From positions 24,740,001-24,804,000 of the forward strand of contig NC_087252.1 of assembly GCF_037042905.1 (NCBI RefSeq): 64,000 bases of DNA, read 5' to 3'. Shown here one piece after another: positions 52,001-64,000 of this stretch. Made by a program: the position numbers and the translations under genes. This stretch comes from Lytechinus pictus (lineage: Eukaryota). The first letter of the stretch is position 1. Every line of letters starts with the position of its first letter. Below the pieces are notes generated by a model. The model was not told where the DNA came from, did no database searches, and saw only the letters and a list, made by a program, of their open reading frames with translations.

Positions 52001-55000
52001 TAAGGTATACTTGTGGTATCAATGATTAATGTATTAATAAGAAATTATAAAATTTTAGCAATAACAATGATGGTGATATTGACGGTGATGATGATAATAA
52101 TACTTAATGAAATGATGAAATATAATAATGATGATAATAATAATACTAATAATGATAATGATAATAACGATAATAATATTAATGACAATGAAAACTATAC
52201 TAATAAAAATGATAACTATAAAAGTTGCGATAATAATGACCCAAAAATAGACATATCGATAAACTTAAACCTTTATATAAACTTGCTTGCAGGTACTATA
52301 ATGCAAGACCTTTTCAATATTATAGTTTATTGGAAAACAACGAATTTCCTGTCATAAACTTTCATCATATTATTTTCATTTTAACTTTGTATTAACTTAA
52401 CCAAAGCACGACATTCCGAGCAGCGTGCGCGCAGCGAGCATCTCCGAAGTCAACGAGAGGACACGCCTACTTTCAAATGGTCAGGTGACACAATACACCA
52501 ATCAGGTTTACGAAGACACACCCGCCGTGGTTGAACTGCCCAATGGCAAATCCAATCAACATGGAAGTGGTGACGATGACGTATTCGTTGATGAGGAGGC
52601 AGTCAAGCCACGCCCTAAAGTGGGCGTGGTCCGGTCATTGTCTGTCATGACAACAAAGAGTGAAACTCCAGAATATCACTACGGTTAGTATAATCTTATA
52701 ACTTAAAGGATATTAGGTGAGAATAGCAAGACAGAGTCCTATAATGTATAATCCTTTAATATAAAAATGAGTAAAGGTGTCCACAGTGTGAGATTCCCTT
52801 TATACCGTCAGTCATCAGATTAGATCATTGTAACATTGTGAACAACTTCTTCGCATAGTCCACTATTATAAACACACTTTGAACACACTGTGTAACAGTA
52901 GGCTCTATATCTTCCATTTACTGTGGCATGATTACTATCATTCTGTCATTAACCTAGACAAGCCGCCGTTGAAATACACCGATATTTTCCCAAGCCTTCT
53001 CAACATGTGGGCACTGCTTGTCAAGGATCTTCTGAAGCTGATGAGAAATCCAGGGTAAGTATTCCCAAATCATTCATTAGGATGTTACGATTTTCTACCG
53101 TAGCAGGGAAGACGGTTAATGCTCAGCGACGTTGGATGGATTTAAGAACAGAGTCAATATATTTGAGCGTGGAGCGTTGTGGCCCAGTGGATTAGTCTTA
53201 GTCTTCGGACTTTGAAACAGAGGGTCGTGGGTTCGAACCCCAGCCATGGCGTGATTTCCTTCAGCAAGAAATTTATCCGCGTTGTGCTGCACTCAACCCA
53301 GGTGAGGTGAATGGGTATCCGGCAGGATTATTTCCTTGAATGCATGAGCGCTGAAAGGCAGCTCGAGCTAAGGCCGGGGTAATAATAATAATAACAACGC
53401 GCCTCGGAATATAATATTTCTAGATAGATGGCGCTATATAAATGCCTATTATTATTATCATTATTAATATATTGAAGACATCCGTCATATGACGAAGAAC
53501 AGCAGATTCGTGACCTCAGTTCCAGAGCTGACGAACACTTGCAAATGTCTCGTTTGTCCAAATTAAAGGACTACAAAAATATCGGGTAAAATGCTCCATG
53601 AGGGTAATTATGTGTCCAACCAACATTGGGCATTTCTTTTGGGCATTTTTATTTATCCAGTGTGATGAAAGATTTGCCCATTTTAAAGTAATTGCTGCTG
53701 CTTATTTTGTTTTACCTTACTGGACAATATGCTTCCCGCATAGGGTAAAATGCCACCCCAAATTGGTAGGACACATATTACCCTCGTGCTGGTTAAACTT
53801 TTACCCAATATTTTTTTTACAGTGTAAACCGTTGCTTTGATTCACCATTGTCGACATAGAACTTTTTGTTGTTCGTGGTCATGATTGGCATTTGAACAAA
53901 TATATTTTCTCTGTTCTTGAATAATCCGTACATCGCTGAGCAAAAATCTCCTAATATATGAAAATCCACTCGAGCATTTTTAATGGTCAAGTCCACCCCA
54001 GAAAAATGTTGAGTTAAATCCATATAGAAAAATCAAACAAGCATAACGCTAAAATTTCCATCGAAATTGGTTATAAAATAAGAAAGTTATGACATTTTAA
54101 AGTTTCGCTTTCAGTTTTTTTTTTTATAATTCTGATAATGTTTCCTTTTTTTCCTATCCAGTCTAACCCTTTTCCAGTTCATCCTCCCTGTGGTTGAAGT
54201 ATGCCTCTTCTATCTAGCCATCGGCGGTAAACTTCGGAACCTTGATGTAGCCGTCATCAACAACGATCCCGACGGCCCATTCAATCTCAGTCAAAAGTTC
54301 CTTGCCCAAATAGACGATTCGATGATCAACCAGGTCAGTTGTACTGTTTCATTATGAATAGCAATGGTGTTGGTGTACTGATGCTGACGAGGACGACAAA
54401 GGAAGATTACGACGATGACGACGAAGGCGGTGATGATAACGATGATGATGATGATGCTGATAATGTGACGTTGATTAGAATGATGACTTCCCAGTGATGA
54501 CGATTGTGACGATGAAGAAGATGATAGTGATGATGACATTTGTGATGATGATGATGATTATGATGACATATGTGATAATGATGATGACATTTGTGATGAT
54601 GATCACTAGCGTACCTACGGGGGGGGGGCAGAGGGGGCAGTCTGCCCCCCTGACGAGCCACAACCCATGCAAAGGACGTATCCCTGCCCCCCCTGACGAG
54701 CTTGAAAGACCTTTTTTGCCCCCCTGACGAGCTTGAAGACATTTATTGTCCCCTGACGAGCTTGAAGCTTTTTTTTTTTTTTTTTTTTTTGCTTGTCAAT
54801 TTTTTTCTGGTACGAAATCCTTTATGATTAAAGAGGTTTTTTTTTTTTTTTTTTTTGCTTGTCAATTTTTTTGCGGATACGAAATCCTTCATTTGTGATT
54901 GAAGACCTTTTTTTTTTTTTTTTTTGGCTTGTCAAATTTTTTGGCGGACGGTTTTGTCCCCCCTGTGGAAAATCCTAGGTACGCCACTGATGATGATGAT

Positions 55001-57303
55001 GATGATGATGAGGATGATGATGATGATGACTGACGGAGATGACGACGGTGATGCCGGTGAAGTTGATACTCCTGCTGCTGCTGATGGTGACGATGATGAC
55101 GATAATGATGATAAAGTTCGTCATGATGGTGATGATAGTGATGATGATAATTTCGATGATGATGATGGTGGTATTATGAATACGATGGTTTAAATATTAA
55201 ATTATTAGTATGACTAAGTTGGCGTTAATTTTCACAAACTTAATCCTATCATATTAAACCTTGATTGCAGAAACCAGTTGACTCCTTGGATGAAGCTATA
55301 TCAGATCTCCGGAACGGCAAATATTGGGGCGTTATCGATATACCAGAGAATTATTCTTATTACCTTATTCAACGGTATGACATGATTTACCTCGTTTCTT
55401 GTTCGTTAATCATTCTTAATATGTCATTTTTGATCATCATGACCCTGCTAGAAAGATCACAGTGTGCCACACAGTGCGATCACAGAGTTTTCACAGTCAT
55501 TGACAGTGTGGACTATCTAAAATATCATTCCTATTGTTAAGATGCTCAAATTCAACTGTGTGAAGATATTTTTGTGGACACCTCGACAGTGTGACTGTTC
55601 ACATAGTCGACTATATGAATATGTAATTCACACTGTTGACTTGCTCAAATTTACCAGTGTCAAGGTGATTTCACATTATGTTCCACACTGTGGACACACT
55701 GTGGCACATACAGACAATGCGTTCTTTACAGTAGGGAAGTTACTACATAATAGATGTATGTCGTCACGTCACTGCTTTCATATTTGCAATCCGTATATTG
55801 ATACTGTCGATTTTGTAATCATCTGGAACATGATAATTAATTCCTTAATAATTTTTAAGAAAGTCTCTTTACAATGTTCGTAAGACCTTTTGCTTATATC
55901 CTCAAATGGTAACCATGTAACAGTGTGTATGTAATGTACATCCAACGTTTTCATGTTCGATAAAAGATCCACATTAAAGTGTAGAGAACTAAATATATAT
56001 TTCTGTTTGAATTTTCAGGCAAATTGAGGGTATTTCAGCTGATAATGCAACTCTATGGGGAAGCACAGTGAGGGTCACATTGGATGCCACAAGTAAGCAA
56101 TCGTCATTGTGATCATTGTTATTGATATTACTATCATTATTATTCTTTTTATCATTATAATTAACAATAATGTTATTATCATGATCACCATCATCTTCAT
56201 TACACATGCATGTTGTTGTATTAGGTGCACACTAAAAATATTGGGTAAAAATGCTCCATGAGGGTCATTATGTGCCCTACCAACATTGGGCATTTCTTTT
56301 AGGCAGTTTTATTTATCCAGTGTGATGAACATTTTGCCCATTCTAAAGTAATTGCTGCTTATTTTTTTTTACCTTACTGGACAATATGCTTCCCGCATTG
56401 GGTAAAATACTGCCCAAAATTGGTTGGACACATAATTACCCTCGTGGTGGTAAAACATTTTACCCAATATTTTTTACAGTGTGTAAAAAACGAATTGTTC
56501 CGTTTGTCAATGTGCCTTCTGTTTTGCTTGTGAAATTGAGAGGTTTTAGAAATGTACACTTTTGACATTACTAAAGTAGAATAGGGGGGGGGGGGTTGCT
56601 ATACTTATGAAAAGTACTACGAATAAAAAAAAACAAGAATAGTTTGACGGTTTTTTTAATAAATAATATCTATTGCATATGCATTCTGAATACACGTCAT
56701 AATATGTGAACCCACGAATTGTTATTTTAAATTTGTTTCAATCTATTATTTTATTTTGATACTATACCTTATTACAGTAAATCTTTGCGTTTTCTTGTCA
56801 TCAAAATATCCTTCTCCCATTTCAATCTTCTAAATTTATTCCACTATAGATCAGCAGATTGCAATATCTATTCAGACTGGTTTATTAGCTGCTTACGAGG
56901 TGGGTCATGGAGTTATATCACTGTTAAAATCCTGTGTTAACCCCTAAACCCCTAGACAATGTTAGAATAATCGTCCCGTACGTACATTATTTAATCTTTA
57001 TTAACATTCATGCTACAATAAACGAACGTTACTCTCGTGTGCAGAGTTCAAGTAATTGCGAGTTCTCGCAATTTGCAACGGGGACGGATTCTACAACACA
57101 GTAAATCTGTTAATTCAGATTCAGATTCATTTTGGTATTTTACAAAAAAATTTCCTCGTTAAAATAGTCGGGAGACTGATACAAACAAGGGTTACAAAGC
57201 AAACAAATTCATTATTTGATAAGTGAAGCGAAATAGTGAAATGATAATAATAATAATAATAATAATATTTATGTAGTAATAGAAATAGTAATAATGATAA
57301 TAA

Positions 57304-57346
<43 letters not shown>

Positions 57347-58311
57347 TAGTAGTAGTAGTAGTGGTAGTAGTGAATTGTTCAATATACATGATATAGGCTT
57401 ATTGCACATACACAGTATTAGTAAAGTATATATAATATATATATATTAGGAAACCCGTTACAAAACAGGTAACAACTAAATTTATAGAAAAGTATTCTAT
57501 ATGGTCATGATAAACGTAAAACAATCATTGCGATTCAATAAACAAATATGTAAGTTGTGGAGAAACTTTAGACAATGATATAAAAATACAAACAAAAATC
57601 ACAAAGGCAAAGGTTCTATTGAGAAATAGAAGAAGTGGTTATACTGCAAGATAAAGTTGTATAGGTAAATTATGATATCAGAAATGCTTTTGACTTTTAT
57701 CGAAAAGCTAAATTATCAATGATGTATTTTTTCTGAATGTTCCGGGGAAAGATTTTCTTTTGACAGATTGAGACGGGACTTTTTGAAAAAGCTGCCCAGT
57801 TGAACCATGCTAGTGATAAAGAAACACATATTAATGTCTGATCGATGATAATCATTAAGACAAATAAACATAACCATTTTTAACATTCCAGCATTGCTAC
57901 GCACATCATGTTATCTTGTTGACCGAGTCGCGAGTATTATAGGCAGGTCATTAACATGCTGAATCATGTTTATCATCATTTGTTTATCAATTTTCAAACA
58001 ATTCTGTTTCTTAAATGATGTTAATATTACTTTTTTGGTTTTCCTGATTCCTCATTTATTGTCAGCGATTTTGTTTTTGCTTGTAGCATTTGTTGATAGA
58101 GAAAATCCAATTTCAAATAAGAGTACAGAGCAGAAGAATAGATGAATTATGATAAAATGAGAATGAAATTGGTTGACTAACGAATGATATCATAAAAAAT
58201 TTAGCTTTATGGGAAAAATATGCATTACTCCTACCACCACCACCACCACTATCACTTACTATTACTACTAATTCTTCGTCTACTACTAGTACTACTACCA
58301 CTACTTCTGCA

Positions 58312-58345
<34 letters not shown>

Positions 58346-58411
58346 TAGTAGTAGTAGAGTACTACTACTACTACTACTTCTACTACGACAACTACTACTA
58401 CTACGACTACG

Positions 58412-58469
<58 letters not shown>

Positions 58470-58470
58470 T

Positions 58471-58529
<59 letters not shown>

Positions 58530-61500
58530 TTACTACTACTACTACTACTACTACGACTACTACTACTACTACTACTTAAACTACTTATATTACTACCACT
58601 ACTTACTCATGTCCGTGTAATAAAGAAAATAGGAAAAAACAACGCTTCCGTAGTTGATAATCTTTCCTCTTTTTTTTTTGCTTTCCATATTTACTTTGAG
58701 TGAATTTTTGAATATTTTTTCACCCATTCTACATACACTACCTTCGCGGTCGACCGTTTTGGCCGATGACGGAGAACTAAATATTTTGGCAAAGTCAACA
58801 CCCTCAGAAATGTGTATGGGCTTGCTACAACCTCTAATGCTTGATGGTATTGATGACTATGCTGATGTTTAGACATGTATATATCTGGATTTAATGTTCA
58901 CATATCTTTATATTTTACAGTCATTCATCGAAGTTGTTTTGATCAGCCTAGCATTAAACCCTGCTCTTGGCCAGATACCGCTTGTAGTAAGTCTTTGACA
59001 AACACACTCTAAAACAAGAATGAAGTGTTAAATTAGGGACTTCGTATAATGACTGCACTTCAAGTGATGATATGTAGTACTTGAAGCGATGAGAAACCGG
59101 CACCTGGCGTGTTGCAATAAGCACCCCATGCAGGTGCTGCAAATAACCACCTGACGTGTTGTCACTATACGAACTCCTAAAAGTGCTGATTAGCACTTGA
59201 TTTTTGTAGTGTAGATTCCTTATTTATTGAAGTAATGCATTTATTTGGATTTATCCAAATACCAAGCGTAAATTCATATCACAATGGTAGTAAACTAGTT
59301 TTAACTAGAGAGAACACATAATTATTCTGATTGAGACTTTCATAAATATACTCTATACATATCGGCTCTAGTATTATATAATACAAAAAGTTTGTTTTAT
59401 ACCTTGAATAGAAATTTACTGAAAATTCTACATTCATATTTTTATGAAAACGAACTATTTCATGAAACAAATTTGTATATCTTTACTCCATGGAATCAGA
59501 CTTAATTAAGATAATCTACCGTTTAAGGGTATTTTTTTCAAAGAAAATCAAAGACTGAATAATGCTAACAAATTCTGTTTCTCTTGCCTGCGATAGACAT
59601 TGATTTGAAATACTGAAATATAGCAACTTGAAATCAAAATCAAAATTTAGGTAAAGAATTATTGTATAATTGAACGTAAAGTAACACGAAAGATTCTGAG
59701 TAAAAACTGAAATATACTCTGACTGAAATGTGTTTACCAACAAATATAAAAGATATATTAACTTTTTTTAAATAGTTTTTGGACAACTTCTATCATTTAT
59801 ATCATAATTATGTATAGTGTTTGCTTATAATGTATAATCGACACACATTTCAGGAGAGAATTTAATTCTTGATAAACCTCCTATTTTGAGTTAGTAAAAA
59901 TGTTGACGAAAAACTTTAATTTTTTCAGTTTCTTGATCCAGTCTATGGCGAACTTGATGGACCATTCACCTATTTTATGGCTGCTGGCGTTATTATTACG
60001 TAAGCTTATGAGGATGAGAGTGTGCCTTTTGGGGTATGTAGGTTTGTGTGGGTGTGTGATATTTTTTTGTGTGTGTGCGTGGTATGTGGATGTGTGAGTT
60101 TAAGAGTTGCTAGGTGATGTTATGTGTGTGTATGAGAGGGTGAGGGTGTGTAGGTTTTTGTGGGTGTGTGATGGTTTGTGTATTGGGTAGTAAGTGGATG
60201 TGTAAGTACGTGGGTAGGTGATGGTAAGGGTGGGTTAGTGTGTGGGTTTGTGTGTGTAAGAGAGAGATCGAGAGAGGGTCTGTGTGTTGTGTTTCTTTGG
60301 TTTATGTGGATGTTTTTTGGTTTGTGTATGTTCACTTGGTACTAATTAAGTGGATGGTGAAGTGGAGGTGTGCAGCCAATGGTATAACGTTTGCGAAAGA
60401 GAGAGGGTGTGTATTTGGATTTGTGGGTTTATGTGGGTGCGTAATAATTGTGGTAAATGGTTGTGTAAGTGTAATAGTGTAATATGATGTGTGTGAGGGG
60501 ATTCTAGATAGGAGGGAGGGATGGAATGGAATGGCAGGGAAGTGTTTGTCTGTGAAGCATCTCACTCAGTGCTTAGCCATTCATTGCTCATAATCATTAT
60601 ATTTTTCATAGATATCTGAAAAGATTATTTTTTTTAAATACTCTACTTGATTTACAACGTAGACTATCGTTGAAAATCAACACTTATGTAGTATATATAG
60701 AACGAAATATTTAACAATCCGTATATCATTTTCGATAAGTGTAAAAAAATAATCAAGTTAAAAGATATTTTCTTATGGTAAAACATATATATATATATAT
60801 ATCCCATTGTTTCTTCCTATACAGTGCGTCCCAAAAAAAACTATACACTTTTGAAATGGCTGCCAAATAAAAAGTATATCACTTTGGGGGGAAAGACTTA
60901 TACATATGGAAAGTCGATAAAGTCATCTTTCAAATGACACCAAAATGTTGGAAAACTATTCATGCTTGAGTGAGCACTACCCGCTTAAACAAAGGGTATG
61001 AAAATTAGGGTGGGCAGGAATTAGCCTTTCGGTTTCTTTCAGTTTTTGAGAGGCGAGTCCCTTGGAACTTGCAAACTTGAGGGTGTTCTGATGAATTGAT
61101 GGTCATTCATTATCAATTTAAATTGTTAGAGCAAATTTCATGAATTATCAAATTGAAATTCCATGCATGAGTGAGCATGAATTGCAATCTTTAGTGAAGC
61201 ATTTTAACTTACAATGTGGGTCTCAGCAGTGTGTTCATTGGAGTCAGGAGAATAGGGGTAAGAAATGACTTCAGTGTGTGAAGTAAGCTGATGGGAAAAG
61301 GGTCAACAGAACGTTTAGCCTCCCTCCTACAGGTCCGTCCCTCCCCCCTCCTGTTGAGATTGAGACTGATTGCTATTACATGTACGCATTAAGTGCAAAG
61401 CGGACTGTCAATTTGATAATAAATTCTGAAAATTAGATCATCAACTTTTATCTATCAATCATTCAATCAACAATCTGTTAGTAAATAAACTCAATCAATG

Positions 61501-64000
61501 TCATCAATCAAATATTCACCTTTTTCAATAAATTATCAATCAAACATTCAGCTTTTTCAATAAATGATTTCATAAATTATCATAATTAGTCAAGTTCTTA
61601 ATAAATCATTCGATGGAAAAGAAAGACCCATCAACCATCAGTCACTTGGCATTTTAAGTTTTAAATACCAACCAAGAGAAAGAAAGGGGTGGAGGGCGGG
61701 GTGAGTACATGACATGTAATTTGTAAGAGAACACAAAGAAGAATGCCCCTTTAACCCAGTCTTACCCTATATCATCCCCTTGCATGTAACAGGTACCATC
61801 ACATTACTCTGACTCTCACAAGCACACTTGCTAAGATCCACATAATAAACGAAAAATGCTACACTAAAATTACAATTCCTGTTTACTCATGCATTACATT
61901 TCAATTTAGTAACTCGTGAAATTAGCTTAAGAAACCAAAACGGATCTCCATTTATCAGTAATTTAGCATAACACCCTTAACTTTGCAAGTTCCAAAGGAC
62001 TCACCTAAAAAAAAAAAAGGAATTAAGGCTAATTCCTGCTCACCCTAGCAAAGGCTAGTCTCTCAGGAGGGGTGAAAGGGGTAGAGAGAGAGAGAGGGGG
62101 GGGGGGGGTTAAGTGTTCTGTTGACCCATATACCGTCAACCTACTTCCCCCACCTAAGTCCTATCCCTATTCTGACTTCCATGAACACATTGCTGAGATC
62201 CACTTAAAAAGTGAGAAATTGTATTTCATGTTCACTCATACATTAAATTTCAATTTAATAATTCTTAAAATTTGCTCTAAAAACCTAAATTGATAATGCT
62301 TGATCATTGATTTATCAAAACATCCTCAACTTTGCAAGTTCCAAGGGACTCGCATCTCAAAAACTGAAAGAAATTGGAAGGCTAATTCCTGCCCACCCTA
62401 ATTTTCATACCCTTTGTTTCAGTGGGCAGTGCTCGCTCAAGCATGAAAAGTTTTCCAACTTTTTGGTGTCATTTTAAAGTTGACTTTATAGGCTTCCATG
62501 TATGTAAGTGTTTTCCCCCAAAGTGATATATTTTTTATTTGGCAGCCATTTCAAAAGTGTATAGTTTTTTTTGGGACGCACTGTAGACAACGAATATATT
62601 TTATCTATATAATTATTATTACTATATTTTACAGGATTATATTCTTCCACGCGGTTGCTTTGACCTCGATGACCTTTGTTGTTGAGCGGAAAGAAGGTCT
62701 CCTCGATAGAATCTGGGTCTCGGGTAACCAACTATCATTAAAAATAACGTAATAGATTTGTTCGGTCTAGAGTCGGTTTCATTGGTGTGACTGTAGCATA
62801 TTTCTCTCATGAAAATATATTTTTAAAGGAGAATGAAACCCTTGAAACCAGCTAAATCCATATCAAAGAGAAAAATCAAAGAAACATATTGTTGAAAGTT
62901 TGAGGAAGATTCAATGAATAATAAGAAAGTTATGAGCATTTGAATATTGAGATCACTAGTGCAATGTAGATCCTCCCATCGGCAATGCGACCAAGATCTG
63001 TGATATCACACACGTACAACCCCCTCATTACTTTAGTACTTATTTCACGTATATTCTCACTTTTATAGAGTCTATCACAAGGTGAGGTATTCTCTTTATG
63101 AGATGACAAGTACAGAGGTTTCACAACATTATATCATTGATGAATCGTTTGTCATAATGATTAGAATGAGCAAAAAGAGATGTTTTGGGGTATATTTTCA
63201 GTGTCCAAATGGGAGAGTTGTACGTGTGTGACATCACAGATCTTGGTCGCATTGCCGATGGTAGGATCTCCATAGCATTAGTGATCTCGACATTCAAATG
63301 CTCATAACTCTTTTATTGCTAGTCCTATTTTACTCAAAGTTTTGTTGATCTTATTCTTTGATTTGTCTGCTTTCACAAAAGCTAACTTGCTCCAAGAGTT
63401 TCATTCTCCTTTAACAGAATTTGAAAGTCTGTTTAAAGCTGAATAAAAAGACGCTAAGCATTACAAGGATAGATGTACAGTAGACAGAAGAAAATGTATG
63501 TACGCTTATATCATGATCATTCACTGCTTGTTAGACGGCAGAATACTAGTAGTCAAACATCTAGTTTCATAATGATGTTCATTTTTGAGCTCCCATTACA
63601 CCCACTGGAAAAGTTGGAAAATTAATGTAAGGATTGACTGAAATCCTTTACTAAGCAAACGTTTAATGATTTTAACGTTTTTCATTTTTAAATGACCTCT
63701 AATATTTCTGGTGAGTTTAATTGTTGTAATGTCTTTCATTGTTTTGAAAGGGAAGTTCAGAGTTCAATTATCTATCCAATAAAAATGCAAAACAAAGAGG
63801 TAGAACTTATGAGGTCCGTATTGGCCAAATTAAAACATAAATATATTGAAGATTTGCCCTTTAACGTAAAAAAGGATTTAGAGGCTTTGATAGAACTATA
63901 ATAATTATTCACTTTTGTTCAGTAATGGTTTAAAAATGATTGGTAATGAGATTTCATGACGTCTAATTAATGATTTTCCATTATCATTATACAGGTGTTG
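45941..64000 (+). CDS. ABCH: ABCH-subfamily (ABCG20/ABCG23-like) reverse half ABC transporter, spliced gene, 3'-incomplete in window
   Basis: 17 exons joined by hand with consistent phases give one ORF of about 592 codons: Walker [11 protein letters not shown]-loop GYMPQ|DLALY, signature LSGGQKRR, Walker [19 protein letters not shown]-loop TTHYIEEAR, then a TMD with a large first extracellular loop and [16 protein letters not shown]. These motifs and the NBD-TMD order match the ABCH family. Confidence 0.92.
46114..47523. mobile_element. hAT-like non-autonomous element with internal tandem units (gcgagcgcgaagcgcgagctg)
   Basis: TIR cagtggcgta / tacgccactg; TSD ggtatata/gatatata. Confidence 0.8.
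46807..47047. mobile_element. CACTA/EnSpm-like MITE nested in the hAT-like element
   Basis: tg|cactgcaaaaa...tttttgcagtg|tg; 2-bp TSD; palindromic body. Confidence 0.8.
47987..48146 (+). CDS. ABCH: ABCH exon 2 (Walker A, Q-loop)
   Basis: ctatag| [20 protein letters not shown]...VGYMPQ; the frame requires the non-canonical donor CAG|gcaggt. Confidence 0.9.
48874..49028 (+). CDS. ABCH: ABCH exon 3
   Basis: aaacag| [23 protein letters not shown]...RMVAYL; donor ag|gtaaac. Confidence 0.92.
49659..49766 (+). CDS. ABCH: ABCH exon 4 (signature and Walker B)
   Basis: ttttag| [36 protein letters not shown] |gtaagt. Confidence 0.95.
50182..50275 (+). CDS. ABCH: ABCH exon 5 (H-loop)
   Basis: ttgcag| [31 protein letters not shown] |gtatga. 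Confidence 0.95.
51299..51373 (+). CDS. ABCH: ABCH exon 6
   Basis: ccgcag| [25 protein letters not shown] |gtactg. Confidence 0.92.
51921..51980 (+). CDS. ABCH: ABCH exon 7
   Basis: ccttag| [20 protein letters not shown] |gtgagt; the LEEVFLKL motif follows the NBD. Confidence 0.92.
52407..52683 (+). CDS. ABCH: ABCH exon 8 (disordered NBD-TMD linker)
   Basis: ccaaag| [22 protein letters not shown]...ETPEYHY g|gttagt; open frame with phases matching both neighbours. The acceptor position is less certain. Confidence 0.8.
52958..53054 (+). CDS. ABCH: ABCH exon 9
   Basis: acctag| [32 protein letters not shown] |gtaagt. Confidence 0.92.
53171..53467 (+). mobile_element. tRNA-derived SINE, same family as 6611-6885
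   Basis: ggagcgttgtggcccagtgg...ggttcgaacccc head, conserved central domain and (ATT)n tail. Confidence 0.85.
54162..54333 (+). CDS. ABCH: ABCH exon 10 (TM1)
   Basis: atccag| [35 protein letters not shown]...MINQ |gtcagt. Confidence 0.93.
54604..54989. mobile_element. hAT-like MITE inserted in a (GAT)n microsatellite
   Basis: TIR cactagcgtaccta / taggtacgccactg; internal cccctgacgagc repeats. Confidence 0.7.
55271..55374 (+). CDS. ABCH: ABCH exon 11
   Basis: ttgcag| [34 protein letters not shown] |gtatga. Confidence 0.92.
56019..56092 (+). CDS. ABCH: ABCH exon 12
   Basis: tttcag| [24 protein letters not shown] |gtaagc. Confidence 0.9.
56230..56481. mobile_element. CACTA-like MITE (second copy about 53571-53824)
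   Basis: cactaaaaatattgggtaaa...tttacccaatattttttacagtg. Confidence 0.75.
56850..56899 (+). CDS. ABCH: ABCH exon 13
   Basis: ctatag| [17 protein letters not shown] |gtgggt. Confidence 0.88.
58225..58605. repeat. (CTA)n microsatellite
   Basis: Direct reading of the sequence. Confidence 0.95.
58921..58986 (+). CDS. ABCH: ABCH exon 14
   Basis: ttacag| [22 protein letters not shown] |gtaagt. Confidence 0.88.
59929..59999 (+). CDS. ABCH: ABCH exon 15
   Basis: tttcag| [23 protein letters not shown] |gtaagc. Confidence 0.92.
60822..62583. mobile_element. Tc1/mariner-type non-autonomous element with long TIRs
   Basis: ta|cagtgcgtcccaaaaaaaactatacac...gtgtatagtttttttgggacgcactg|ta; IR arms extend several hundred bp; no transposase ORF. 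Confidence 0.88.
62635..62723 (+). CDS. ABCH: ABCH exon 16
   Basis: ttacag| [29 protein letters not shown] g|gtaacc. Confidence 0.94.
62827..63410. mobile_element. Kolobok-like MITE family C, inverted copy
   Basis: Same TIR and TTAA TSD; near-identical to 6990-7573 in reverse orientation. Confidence 0.88.
63995..64000 (+). CDS. ABCH: ABCH exon 17 (start only, runs off the window)
   Basis: atacag|gtgttg completes ...WVSG-V in frame. Confidence 0.7.

Noticed and set aside
53171..53250. tRNA gene (also 6805-6885 and 2065-2140)
   Set aside because: A and B boxes are present, but there is no clean acceptor stem or T-run terminator, and each continues into a SINE body and tail.
63692..63901. 69-aa ORF inside the last ABCH intron
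   Set aside because: The flanking ABCH exons join in frame without it, and it has no recognisable domain.

Overview
AT-rich, intron-rich animal genomic DNA, not prokaryotic. The repeat landscape suggests a marine invertebrate such as a sea urchin (inference only). Two divergently oriented spliced genes can be reconstructed. (1) A + strand ABCH-type reverse half ABC transporter (NBD then TMD): 17 coding exons read in one frame from ATG 45941 to the window end, about 592 codons, including one GC-AG intron. (2) A - strand C2H2 zinc-finger gene starting near 28.2 kb with an N-terminal MSCRRKQKSPRRL (RRKQxxP, NuRD-binding-type) motif. The rest is dense in non-autonomous TIR elements (Kolobok-like and piggyBac-like TTAA, hAT-like 8-bp TSD, Harbinger-like, Tc1/mariner, CACTA-like), Helentron-like tandem-repeat elements, tRNA-derived SINEs, LINE relics and microsatellites. 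The most notable observations are a candidate 7SL(Alu-domain)-headed SINE with a Deu/Nin-like body at 32.7-32.8 kb, a MITE that has captured the first coding exon of the zinc-finger gene, and decoy exon copies plus a hairpin inside the GC-AG intron of the ABCH gene. Family names come from motif recall, not database searches.
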